From Squalus acanthias (Eukaryota), in the NCBI GenBank assembly GCA_030390025.1, contig JASTWF010000035.1, forward strand, positions 124,001 through 188,000: 64,000 nt of DNA, in the 5' to 3' direction. Position 1 is the stretch's first letter. Each line of letters starts with the position of its first letter. Of the stretch, positions 11,761 to 23,370 are shown piece after piece. A model generated the notes under the pieces. The model had not been told where the DNA came from and made no database searches. It saw nothing but the letters and a program-made list of their open reading frames with translations. The position numbers and the translations under genes were made by a program.

Positions 11761-13539
11761 AATGGAAAGATTGAACCCACTCCCCCCGAAACATTAACAC
11801 CCCCTCCGAAACATGAACCCTCCAGTGATTGTAGGACTGTGCAGCATAGTGGAGGAGGGCAGTTTTGTGTGCTGTAATTAATGAGGCTGAGAGTTGTATT
11901 TCAGGACTCTTATTACCTTGATAACTCTAGTTAGATCATTAAACTTATTTCTACCATTTCCACCATGCTCTTGGTACAATAGAGTTAGAGTCATAGAGTT
12001 TATACAGCACAGAAAGAGGCCCTTCGGCCCATCGTGTCCGCGCCGGCCATCAAGCCCTGTCTATTCTAATCCCATTTTCCAGCACTTGGTCCGTAGCCTT
12101 GTATGCTATGGCGTTTCAAGTGCTCATCTAAATGCTTCTTGAATGTTGTGAGGGTTCCTGCCTCTACCATCCTTTCAGGCAGTGAGTTCCAGATTCCAAC
12201 CACCCTCTGGGTGAAAAAGTTTTTCCTCAAATCCCCTCTAAACCTCCTGCCCCTTACCTTGAAACTATGCCCCCTGGTTATTGACCCCTCTACTAAGGGG
12301 AAAAGTTCCTTTCTATCTACCCTATCTATGCCCCTCATAATTTTGTACACCTCAATCAGGTCCCCCCTCAGCCTTCTCTGCTCTAAAGAAAACAACCCCA
12401 GCCTGTCCAGTCTCTCTTCATAGCTGAAGCGCTCCAGCCCAGGTAACATCCTGGTGAATCTCCTCTGCACCCTCTCCAATGCAATCACATCCTTCCTATA
12501 GTGTGGCGACCAGAACTGCACACAGTATTCCAGCTGTGGCCTAACTAGCGTTTTGTACAGCTCCATCATAACCTCCCTGCTCTTATATTCTATGCCTCGG
12601 CTAATGAATGCAAGTATCCCATATGCCTTTTTAACCACCTTATCTAACTGTCCTGCTGCCTTCAGGGATCTATGTACATGCACACCAAGGTCCCTCTGAT
12701 CCTCTGTCCTTCCTAGGGTCCTACCATTCATTGTGTATTCCCTTGCCTTGTTAGTCCTCCCAAAATGCATCACCTCACACTTTTCAGGGTTAAATTCCAT
12801 TTGCCACTGTTCTGCCCATTTAACCAACCCGTCTATATCGTCCTGTAGCCTGAGGCTTCCCTGCTCGCTATTTACCACTCCACCAATTTTCGTGTCATCT
12901 GCGAACTTACTGATCATATCTCCTACATTCATATCTAAATCATTAATGTACACTACAAACAGCAAAGGACACAGCACCGATCCCTGCGGTACACCACTGG
13001 ACACAGGCTTCCAGTCACAAAAACAACCTTCGACCATCACTCTCTGCCTCCTCCCACTTAGCCAATTTTGGATCCTATGCGCCAAGTTGCCCTGGATCCC
13101 ATGGACTCTTACCTTTTTGACCAGTCTCCCATGCGGGACTTTGTCAAAAGCCTTACTGAAGTCCATGTAGACCACATCAACTGCACTACCCTCATCCACA
13201 CACCAAGTCAACCCCTCGAAAAATTCAATCAAATTGGTTAGACATGATCTCCCCCTGACAAAGCCATGCTGACTATCCTTGATTAATCCTTGCCTCTCCA
13301 AGTGGAGACTAATTCTGTCCCTCAGAATTTTTTCCAATAATTTCCCTACCACTGATGTTAGACTCACTGGCCTGTAATTCCCTGGTTTATTCCTACTACC
13401 CTTCTTGAATAATGGTACTACGTTAGCTGTTCTCCAGTCCTCTGGCACCTCCCCTGTGGCCAGAGAGGTTCTGAAAATTTGTGTCGGAGCCCCTGCAATC
13501 TCCTCCCTTGCCTCACACAGCAGCCTGGGATACATCTCG

Positions 13540-13750
13540 ATAGCAAAATACTGCGGATGCTGGAAATCTGAAATAACAACAGAAAACGCTGGAAAAACTC
13601 AGCAGGCCAGGCAGCATCCGTGGAGAGAGAAAGAGAGTTAACGTTTCAGGTCGATGACGAAAGGTCATCGACCTGAAACGTTAACTCTCTTTCTCTCTCC
13701 ACGGATGCTGCCTGGCCTGCTGAGTTTTTCCAGCGTTTTCTGTTGTTATT
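13540..13750. mobile_element. Palindromic Penelope-terminus mini-element
   Basis: Near-perfect inverted repeat of the Penelope 3' end; 14-bp duplication TGGGATACATCTCG at 13526-13539 and 13751-13764. Confidence 0.85.
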
Positions 13751-14389
13751 TGGGATACATCTCGTCTGGGCCTGGGGATTTATCCACTTTTAAGCCCGCT
13801 AAAACTGCTAGTACCTCCTCCCTCTCAATACTAATTTGTTCAAGTATATCACAATCCCCCTGCCTGATTTCTATGCCTACATCTTACTTCTCCATAGTGA
13901 ACACAGATGCAAAATATTCATTTAAAACCCCACCTACATCTTCTGGCTCTACACACAGATTGCCACTTTGGTTCCTAATGGGCCCTACTCTTTCCCTGGT
14001 TATCCTCTTGCCCTTAATATACTTATAAAACACCTTGGGATTTTCCTTTATTTTGCCCGCCAGTGTTATTTCATGCCCTCTCTTTGCTCTCCTAATTTCT
14101 TTAAGTACCCCCCTGCACTTTCTATACTCCTCTAGGGCTTCCACTGTTTTTAGTCCTTTGTATCTGCCAAAAGCCTCCCTTTTTTTCCGAATCCATTCTC
14201 GTGTATCCCTTGACATCCAGGGTTCCCTGGGCTTGTCGGTCCCACCCTTGACCTTTACGGGAACATGTTGCCGTTGTACTCTCTCTATTTCCTTTCTGAA
14301 TGACTCCCACTGCTCTGATGTGGATTTTCCTACAAGTAGCTGATGCCAGTCCACTTTGGCCAGATCCTGCCTTATCATATTGAAGTCGG

Positions 14390-17079
14390 TGTTAGATCAG
14401 AATTGGGACTTTTTCACAGGGGCCCACTTCTGACACCGGGACTAATTAAAGTCCTAAGAGGTCACCCCTGCTCCCGGCATCCCAATTACTCACCAACGGG
14501 CCTTACTGTTACATCGAATTTGGAGCAAAACCAGACGGAGACGGAACTGAAGACAAAGTAAAAGTTTATTAGAAACTAGCCAGAAGGCTTTGTGCACAAA
14601 GGGAGACAGGTTGATCTCCTCAGACTCGAACCCAACTCTCCAAGGATAAATTACATACAAGCATTGATATACCTTTTGATACGCAACACCCACAGGTTAC
14701 AAAAGTGGGCGTGCACATAGAAACAGCGTCGCTACCATTGCTCCCTTATTGGTTAATGATCAGTCACTCAATGTTGGGAGACGCCCTGAAATGTTCTGTG
14801 ACATTAAACATAACACATAGTTGTTATACATAGGGCCTTCATCTAGTCTCTGGGGGCGAGGTCTACCAGACTCCATCTTGTCTCTTAATCAAGGTCGTAC
14901 CACGCTTATCTTTCCTTTCCCATATTGTTGTATTTTCTGTAAGGGGTTATGTCGTGCTTGTATCACAGACGGTGCTGGTGCGGGGTTAGGCCTTCGTTGC
15001 CTAATACTATTGCTTGCTCTGGTCTCCGGCCAGCCTTGTTGCAATAAGCACCTGTGAGTGGTTCGACCCACTCGCCCTTACGGTTCTAACACTGGACTTA
15101 GGTGCGAGAGCAGTAATGCAGAGAAAAACTCAAATAGACCCGGTTGAATAGTACGAAATGGAAATCTTTATTGCATAGCGTCCAAAATCATGAAGTACAT
15201 GTCATAGGCGCAAATTAACGAGAGTACAAGTATACATACATTCATAAAGCTTGGTCTATGGTAATGAAGAACGCACGGCACATCGTAAAAAGGGGAACAC
15301 ATTATACTTTATCCTTAATAAAACCACCCTCCCTTATCAATACCTACATTACATCTAGATTTGTAGGATCGGGAAACATGCTCACCACTCGTGATACTTC
15401 GGAGAATTTTTAAGTGAGGCACTCGGCTCGTTTCGCTGCAGCGCCTGACTGTCACGTATTTGGAGGGGTCTCTGTACCCCACTTGTTTATCTTCGCTGCT
15501 GCGGCAAGCAGGCTGGGCTCCCCGTTGTCATGAAGAACTCGACAGCACTCGGGCCCGGCTGTAGAATTCAAAGAAAAGTCTTCCTGTACCGACACCGGTT
15601 GTCGGTAGGATTCAAAGAAAAGTCTTCAACTGTGCAGTAACCTGTAGAGTTCAAGAAATGGGTCGTATATTTTCGGGCGTGGTCGGGGTTTACTGACCGC
15701 GGCGGCACGTGGATTCTTCTTCTTCTCTTGTCATCTCGTCTTGTCTTGTTGGGCCTTCGGGTCCAAACACCGTTTACCGACTCTCGGGATGGTGCACCCG
15801 ATCACTGGCCTTCGTCGAGGCGGCTCGTTCCAATTGAGCTCCACCCAACATTCGAATAACCGTCCAGTGCGGCTAAAGTCCAGAGTCAACAGAGTCCAGA
15901 GAAAACACAGAAGTTCAGCCCGAGTCAAGAGACCGCAGAGATAAGAGTCGAATCAAGAGACCGATGGACATTTGCTCACTATAGTTATAGTGCTGTGTTC
16001 CCTTATCTCCCGCCCAAATCTTAATGCTTGTCCTTTGTGAAATATTGGCGCTCAAAACTCCCAGCATGGGGCGATTCTTGTCTTTAACGGGTTTCGGTAG
16101 TACCTGAAACTGGCCAACTACCCGTTAATGTTTTCCCCATTGTTGGCCCAGCCAGGATCGTATGAACCGTCTCCCTGACTGATTTTGGGGGCCCCCGAAT
16201 ACTTGTTTAATCACCCGAGAATGGCTCTCTCATTGTAGAGCCGTGGGGGTATTTGTGTATTGATGTGTCTGGATGGGCCTTCGATTGCCCAGTACAATGG
16301 TCCTTACTTGTGCATGGAAAACGATTCCAGCACTCATATCTTTTGCTATTGTCACAAATGCAAACAGGTTGCATCCTGTCTTTATCAGTGCTTATCGAGT
16401 ATGATCCCGCCTTATATTGAAAAATGTTTATTCGAACGCCATCTTGTCTGCCCACTGAAATTCTGGAAGCTTCTGCCACGATGCGCGGTGGCCATTTTAC
16501 AGGCTTCTGTGTCCTTTATATCAAGACAGCATTTCGTTTAAATAAACTGATCAAACGAATCTGCTTCTATCTTGTTATTTCGAATCGCGATAATTGCGAA
16601 ACTTTACACTAACCAATACTTCGTTAATTCTTGAGAGAAGCTTATTATGATAAACAAGGTCCGCTCCAAAGGGAGATAAGGTGTTTGAGACCAAGAGAGA
16701 AATGGCCGACTCCCTGTACAGTTCAGTTTCCCTTATCTCTTCAGAAGACCAACTACATATAAACACTGCTTCTGTACCACTGATAACGACATTCTGAAAT
16801 GCCTGGAAATCAGTGCTGTGGCACCAATAGTCTGGCTTCTTGTTGTAAGCAGCGATTCTTACAGTACTATTTAAAAAGGGTTAATATAATGGACAAAATA
16901 GTCCATCATGCTTTGCAACTATCTAAAAGCTATATGTACGTGTTGATATCTCTCTATAAGTGAATTAACTATCCTTTAAACATGATTTCTAATATTACTG
17001 CCCTACAGCCTTGGTTAATATATATTTAAAGACATGGGGATATAGGTTTCGTTTCACAGGCCTAATTTGCGATCCCACA
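14390..17079 (-). mobile_element. Solo LTR (~1.0 kb net) carrying a nested second LTR
   Basis: TG...CA ends; 5-bp TSD GTCGG (14385-14389 / 17080-17084) within CR1; AATAAA on - strand at 14565-14570. Confidence 0.8.
14938..16608 (-). mobile_element. Solo LTR of a diverged relative of the downstream provirus
   Basis: TGTAA...TTACA ends; colinear blocks shared with 18441-20082 (CACCTGTGAGTGGTTCGA, CATGCTCACCACTCGTGATA, GAACGCCATCTTGTCTGCC, GGCCATTTTACAGGCT); no TSD seen. Confidence 0.85.
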
Positions 17080-17934
17080 GTCGGCCTTTCCCCAATTTAG
17101 AACCTTTATTTCCGGTCAATCTTTGTCCTTTTCCATGACTACCTTAAATCTTACTGAATTATGGTCACTGTCACCAAAATGCTCTCCTACTGACACTTCT
17201 ACCACTTACCCGGCTACATTCCCTAGAATTAGGTCCAGTACTGCCCCCTCTCTTGTAGGACTTTCATCCAATAAAAAAAACCCGACACCATTAATCCCCG
17301 ACTCTGCTGCGATGGCACGATCCAATTTCTGTTACGCAGTATACTATTCCGGATATTATAGGTACTCTAAATATAAGCAGTGCCCAGAAGCAGGCTCTCG
17401 CTCTCTGTCCAGAAATTGCACTGTGATCCATTTGCAGAATTCTATGTTCAGGTTGTCAACATCAAGGTTAATATAAAAATGGAACACACGAACATAGAAA
17501 TTGATGGGCAGGAAAAGACCCACTGCTCCATCAAGCCTGGCCCACACCTCATGATAGCTGCAGCACCATCAGTCACCACTTCCCACCCGCCCCTCCCCAA
17601 CTCCTCCATGGCGTGATGAGTCATAATTAAAGAAAGGCTTGCATTTATATAGCAACCCGACGTCCCAAAGCGCTTTACAGCCAATGAAGTACTTTTTGAA
17701 GTGTAGTCGCTGTTGTAATGTAGGAAACGCGGCAGCCAATTTGTGCACAGCAAGATCCCACAATCAGCAATGTGATAATCTGTTTTTCTAAGTGATGTTA
17801 AGAACATAAGAATTAGGAGCAGGAGTCGGCCATACGGCCCCTCGAGCCTGCTCCACCATTCAATAAGACCATGGCTGATCATCAACCTCAATTCCAGTTT
17901 CCTGCCCGATCCCCATATCCCTTGATTCCCCTAG

Positions 17935-18440
17935 GGAGAGGCAATATACACTTAATGGCACAGTTTTAAAGAGTGTGCAGGGACAGAGGGACCTGGGAGT
18001 TAATGTGCATAGGTCCCTGAAGGTGGCGGGACATATTGAGAGAGTGGTTAGCCAAGCATATGGGATCTTGGGTTTCATAAATAGAGGTATTGAGTATAAA
18101 ATTAGAGAAGTTATGCTGAATCTTTATAAAGTACTGGTTAGGCCACAACTGGAGTATTGCTTCCAGTTCTGGTCACCACACTTTAGGAAAGATGTGAAGG
18201 CCCTTGAGAGGGTGCAGAGGAGATTTACCAGAATGGTTTTGGGGATAGGGGATCTTAGTTACAAGGACAGGTTGGAGAAGCTGGATTTGTTTTCATTAGA
18301 GCAAAGGAGGTTGAGGGGTGGTTTGATAGAAGTGTACAAGATTATGACAGGTCTGGATTGGCTAGATGGGGAAAGGCTGTTTCCACTAGTTGATGGTACA
18401 AGGACTAGGGGACACAGATTTAAGGTTTTGGGCAAGAGAT
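17935..18440 (+). mobile_element. CR1 3' fragment, host of the provirus (continues 31166-31410)
   Basis: ...RTRGHRFKVLGKR resumes after the provirus as YREDVRKNILTQRVV. Confidence 0.9.
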
Positions 18441-20082
18441 TGTAAGGGATTTGACCGTGCGTGTCTCGCAGCCTGTGAGATTCACGCGGCTCTGTGCAGC
18501 CTGTATGTCAGTGCGGGTTTAGGCCTTGTTGCCTGTTCTGGTCTCCAGCCAGTCTGGGAGCACTAGACACACCTGTGAGTGGTTCGAATCACTCGCCCTT
18601 ACGGTTCTAGACACTGGACTTAGATGCGAGAGCAGTAATGGAGATGAAACTCATGTAGACTCGGTTGAATGGTACGAAATGGAAAATCTTTATTGCATGA
18701 TATTTAAGATTACGAAATACATGTCATAAGCACAGATTAATGACAGTACAATCTTACAAGCAGTTATATAGCTGATCCTAGGGAAACGAGGAACGAACGA
18801 CACACCGTAAATAGGGGCACACATTACAAGTATCCTTAATACTTAAACCCTCCCCTATCAATATCTGTCCTAGCTAGATTCGTAGGATTTCGAGACTCAT
18901 GCTCACCACTCGTGATAACTCGGAGAAATTCCTAATAGCTGATCGGATGTTTTCCACCGCAGCACCCACGTGTCGGTCAGGAGGTCTCCTGGTCCCACTT
19001 GTTTACTTGCTTCTGCTCCGGCTAGCAGGCTGGACCGTCTGCTGTGATGAAGATCTGTGTTGGTTGGTTTAACAGGTACTTTCCGAATACAGACCAGTCA
19101 ATATCATCTTTGACGATCCGTTCTTGCAAGTTCAAAGAAGTCTTCCTGGCAAGGAAAACTTGGCTGTTCGACCTACAGGCACGGTCGGGATTTACTGACC
19201 GTGGCGATGAGTATGGTCTTCCTCTCTTCTCATCTCATCTCATCTCATCTCATCTCATCTCGGGCCTTTGGTTCCGATGCCAGTTACCAACATAGGTCTT
19301 CGTTACGCGACACGAGGTAGATCCGAACGGATCAGAAAGTTCAACAGTCTTTTTCAAAGAGGCACCAGGCAAGCAGGAACAAGACTACGAGTCAAAAACA
19401 CAGGAGCAGCCACGAGGTTACGAGTCGATCGGATAAGAGAATAAGAGAAAGATGGACGGTTGGAGCTTGTAATTATAGTACAAAATCTTCCGTTTCCCGC
19501 CCAACCTTAATGTCCTTTCTTTTGTTTGGGTCTGGCGCTCAAATGTCTTGTATGGGTGATCTCCGTTCTTAATGGGTTTCGGGGCTACTCGTAAATGTCT
19601 GAGTACCTGTTAATATTTCTCCCATTGTTAAATCGGTCGGTGTTCTCCCTGGAGGGGTTTTGGGGCTTCCAAGTGTTTTGTATAACTACCCGCTAAACGG
19701 CTCTCTCATCATAGAGTCGTTGGGATTTTACATATTAATGTCTTTTGGATGGGCCCTTGATTACTTGGTACAATAGCTTTCATTCGTACCTGGGAGACCG
19801 ATTTCAGTATTTATGTGTATACTGCAAACCCATAATGTCTCGTGTATTATCTTCAATGTGCTGGATCTTAATCGATCTTGCACAAATGTTTATTGGAACG
19901 CCATCTTGTCTGCCTGTCGAAAAGTCTAGAATGTTCTGTCACGAGGTGCGGCGGCCATTTTACAGGCTGCTTGTGTCCACTTTGAGAAACCTGACAGCAT
20001 TCTGCTGAAATAAAAGCTGTTTGAACGAAACTATGTGTTTTCTCCTTATTAATAAAAATTGCGATATATTGCGAATTCTACA
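18441..20082 (-). repeat. 3' LTR (1642 bp)
   Basis: TGTA...TACA termini; direct repeat of 29525-31161; AATAAA on - strand at 18689-18694. Confidence 0.97.
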
Positions 20083-20094
20083 GTCCCTCCTGTT
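20083..20094 (-). promoter_or_regulatory. Polypurine tract
   Basis: - strand AACAGGAGGGAC immediately precedes TGTAG of the 3' LTR. Confidence 0.75.
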
Positions 20095-20533
20095 GATGCG
20101 AATAACTCCGCTTATCGTATCAAAAATCATAGTGGTGAGCAATATTATCTCGATTTTCTCCGAATCCAGCCAATTAATCCCATAACTTTAACCTAGCTAG
20201 GGTTCCGGTGTCGTCCTTATTTCCCAAGAAAATTACATTTTATATCATCGTAGGCATTATTTGCCTTTAAACTTACACCACTTGTTTTCCTTCCCGGCGT
20301 AACCAGGCCGATGCCTCTCGTATCACCTGTATATTCATCTTTTTATTCAGGGAAAGGAAAAACAAAACCCAAAACCAAACAATCATTTTTAACTATAACA
20401 CCATCACCAAAATAATCAACACCAAACTCTTAAAACATGTCGAGTTCCCAACGTATTTACAGTCTTTGTAAATCATGATCGAGTACAAACTTCCGCGGTG
20501 CACGTGGCGAGCGGGAGTGACGCCATTTTCCGA

Positions 20534-23044
20534 TCACACGGTGCTTTCATCGTGCACGCGCACGTAACGTTCTCGCCACTCTCCCGTGTTTTCATGCTTG
20601 GTGAGGCGTTTGTCTCTTTTACAATGTACGACCAATAGGTACACTACAATAAAAACTTGGCATACTACTAAAATGTGGGAGGCTATCCTGATCCATGAAG
20701 GTACTTCAATATTGGTGAACAGATTCCACCACGGTGGAATTACTATATCCAGAATGTCTGTTCCTATTTCGACAGTTTTCTGCTCTAATGTATAAAAATG
20801 TTTCTGTGACACCGCGACGGCTTTTAAAAGCTTGGTGAGGTGTTCAGGGAGAGGGGGAATGAGGTATCCGAAATGCGCGACGAATCGCTGCAAGTCGGTG
20901 AAATTCTCTTTTACTGTGAGATGAACAGTGGATGGTTCAGGGATTGGGACAATTCGCTGTTGTGCTACTTGAACTTCCGCCCTGGGTTTGAAACAGAAAC
21001 TGCTGTCACTCACCGGACACCGGCTACGGTTTCCATGCTGGTAGTGTTGCGCTGCAGTGGTAACACAATATGTTCCACCCCCGATGTATGCTACCTGCGG
21101 AGGCACATGATCTTGTGCCATTGCCTCCATGGTGCAATTCATGGACTTGGCGCCAGCCGTTCTGAACCCGCACTGTGGTGTTAAAAAGGCATTCAAGTGC
21201 TGGGGGCACAGTATTATGTGTGCTCCCCTGCCACGACAACCAGAGAGATCTGTACCTGTCATCGTTTGCTCCCAGCGGATGACGTAGGGTGGAACCGCTG
21301 CATAGCGAATGTGGGCTCCCCCCTGAATGACACCAATGTTCTCTACCCGATACACCGGGGCGGGCTTTGCTGTGTCGCCCAAAACCGGCATACGTAAAAC
21401 TATACCCATAATGGTATGGTTTGATCGTCCGCAGTCCACGGGGACTGGGTAAGCTTCTGAAGCTAGCCTGAGCTGGCACGGGCTTAATGCGTTCTGAAAA
21501 GGGTGGAGCGCCCGCAGGTGTTTGTTACTTATCCAGGACGGGACCAAACCTTGTTTTAAATCCTCCAAATTACTGCGGCCCTCGCCCAGTAACCACGCCC
21601 CGTAAAGCACGCACACCTCGTTCTGCGCAGCTTGATCGGATGCATTCCGATCTTCCCTAATCAGGGCATTTACCGTCTTTGCATGTTTCTCTAACTCTGC
21701 TATAATTTCCTTTAAATGGAGAGTCATGGCTTGGTCCTCGTGTAAACCCGACCCTACCACTTTGTTCTCATCTGTTAGAATGTCTTTTAATTGTGTCTTT
21801 AAACCATTAATCTGGGTCTGCAGCTCCACACTGTCGAGAGCGTTGACCACAGATGTACCCGTGTTAAAAGCAGTGAACGCGTCGTTCACTAAACCCCTTC
21901 TTTGCCTCCCTACTTGATCCAAAACTTCATGTGGTGCGGTGTACAAACTTGTTTTATCAATTTCCGCGAAATCGAATTCGTAAAATTGTCTGAACATCTT
22001 GGTCAACAGGACCTGATACAACTGTTCCGTCTTTTTGGGGCACCACTCTGGTAACCGCACCTCGGTGAGATTTAAAATCACCGAGGCCACCGCGTAATGT
22101 ACCCCCTGAAATAGTATCTGGTCTGTGGGGACCAGTACCAAACCATTCCCGGGTCCCTTACTAGTTTTAGGGCACCCTTCCTCTTCAGCTATAACCACCG
22201 GAATCGTGGGCGGGGCTTTGCGTGGGCGCGTAATGAGCTCAGTGGCATTTACCGGGATCGAAGAGTATGGGGCTCCGCACCCCCTGGTGCTCGCATCCCA
22301 CCTCATCCCCTGTCCGTTATCCTGCCATTGATTAATGAAAAATATGGATATGCCTTTGGGGCAAGGGTATTTTGACCCCCACATGCATACATAAATTCCC
22401 TCATCCGGTTCCCACCATTCGTCCCAACAGACTCTCACTTGTCCGTTTGTCCCCGTAATTGTCCGATGGGTATTATTACCCAGTCGTTCCCACTCGACCG
22501 AAGAGTTCCTCATAGTTTTGCTCAGCTTTCGCAGCCACCACCATCGGCTCAATGGGACATTCCCACTACAAGTCAAACAAATCCGTTTGCCGACGGTGAC
22601 GCTGATCCTGGGTGCGATGATCCTTACTTTGGGGCACATTAAAGAAGTCTCTTGGTAGGCAAACCCCGATGTGCTAGAATACTCCGTTGAGTTCGTTCCC
22701 AGCCATCCTGGCCACCTTCCCTTGTGGAAATAGGTGCTGGTCTCCTCTGCCTCCCGTCTTCCGGTCCCATCCACCGCGATGGGGGCCGTGTCCCCGGAGC
22801 ATCCAAACACCACGACATCCTTGGTGCGGCCTCGATAGGCCAATCCACATCCGATTGCCGCGAGCAATACTAGAATTCGTTCCATCCTTCCTTGGTTCCT
22901 GTGATCAGATAGAATGAGGTAGCCAGCCTCGCAAGAGTCTCTGGCTTTTGTGAAGGGTGAGCGGGTCCCCTGACCTCGCCTCACGTAAACTTCAATGTTC
23001 GCTGGATAAACTTTAACTAAACCTATCTTTAAAGCTCCCATCAT
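20534..23044 (-). CDS. env: Envelope glycoprotein; class I fusion-protein-like with N-terminal Ig-like domain
   Basis: 836-aa open frame; signal peptide MERILVLLAAIGCGLA (Met at 22885); furin site RQRR|GLVNDAF (21896-21907); heptad repeats; Cys-rich region; C-terminal TM IASHILVVCQVFIVVYLLVV; several NxS/T sites. Confidence 0.9.
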   Translation of the reverse strand: MMGALKIGLVKVYPANIEVYVRRGQGTRSPFTKARDSCEAGYLILSDHRNQGRMERILVLLAAIGCGLAYRGRTKDVVVFGCSGDTAPIAVDGTGRREAEETSTYFHKGRWPGWLGTNSTEYSSTSGFAYQETSLMCPKVRIIAPRISVTVGKRICLTCSGNVPLSRWWWLRKLSKTMRNSSVEWERLGNNTHRTITGTNGQVRVCWDEWWEPDEGIYVCMWGSKYPCPKGISIFFINQWQDNGQGMRWDASTRGCGAPYSSIPVNATELITRPRKAPPTIPVVIAEEEGCPKTSKGPGNGLVLVPTDQILFQGVHYAVASVILNLTEVRLPEWCPKKTEQLYQVLLTKMFRQFYEFDFAEIDKTSLYTAPHEVLDQVGRQRRGLVNDAFTAFNTGTSVVNALDSVELQTQINGLKTQLKDILTDENKVVGSGLHEDQAMTLHLKEIIAELEKHAKTVNALIREDRNASDQAAQNEVCVLYGAWLLGEGRSNLEDLKQGLVPSWISNKHLRALHPFQNALSPCQLRLASEAYPVPVDCGRSNHTIMGIVLRMPVLGDTAKPAPVYRVENIGVIQGGAHIRYAAVPPYVIRWEQTMTGTDLSGCRGRGAHIILCPQHLNAFLTPQCGFRTAGAKSMNCTMEAMAQDHVPPQVAYIGGGTYCVTTAAQHYQHGNRSRCPVSDSSFCFKPRAEVQVAQQRIVPIPEPSTVHLTVKENFTDLQRFVAHFGYLIPPLPEHLTKLLKAVAVSQKHFYTLEQKTVEIGTDILDIVIPPWWNLFTNIEVPSWIRIASHILVVCQVFIVVYLLVVHCKRDKRLTKHENTGEWRERYVRVHDESTV

Positions 23045-23231
23045 TTTATCGTTTTCTGTTAAAATTAAAACTACAAACTTAACCTTATTAAAACTATAAA
23101 CTTAAACTTGAACTATGAACTTAAAACTTAAAACTTATTACTGTACAGCGCCGCCCGTTCTCAGGGCGGCCCCTTTAAATTCTGAGAAGGCTGCTGCGAG
23201 CTCTTACCGACCTTGGGAGGGCTCTGACCTT

Positions 23232-23335
23232 TTCCTCTGATCTGCCGCAGCCTGTTTCTGTACGGACCCCTTCCTCTGATCTGCCGCAGCCTGTTTCTGC
23301 ACTGACCCCTTCCTCTGATCTGCCGCAGCCTGTTA
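23232..23335. repeat. Three 39-bp-period direct repeats in the pol-env spacer
   Basis: TTCCTCTGATCTGCCGCAGCCTGTT at 23232, 23271 and 23310. Confidence 0.9.
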
Positions 23336-23370
23336 CTGCTGCGATGGGGCCGGGCTGTATCTGGGCTGCC

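Larger units (their letters stand above)
11985..17265 (-). mobile_element. CR1 LINE ORF2 (11985-14389, resuming 17085-17265), interrupted by a palindromic Penelope derivative and nested solo LTRs
   Basis: 489-aa RT ORF 12066-13535 and 164-aa ORF 13884-14378; reading continues across both insertions. Confidence 0.9.

Noticed and set aside
14930..16615. TSD for the inner solo LTR
   Set aside because: Flanks TTTC and CTAA do not match; no duplication claimed
18526..20008. Small ORFs inside the LTRs as accessory genes
   Set aside because: Antisense to the provirus with no recognisable motifs; one is frameshifted between the two LTRs by a microsatellite indel
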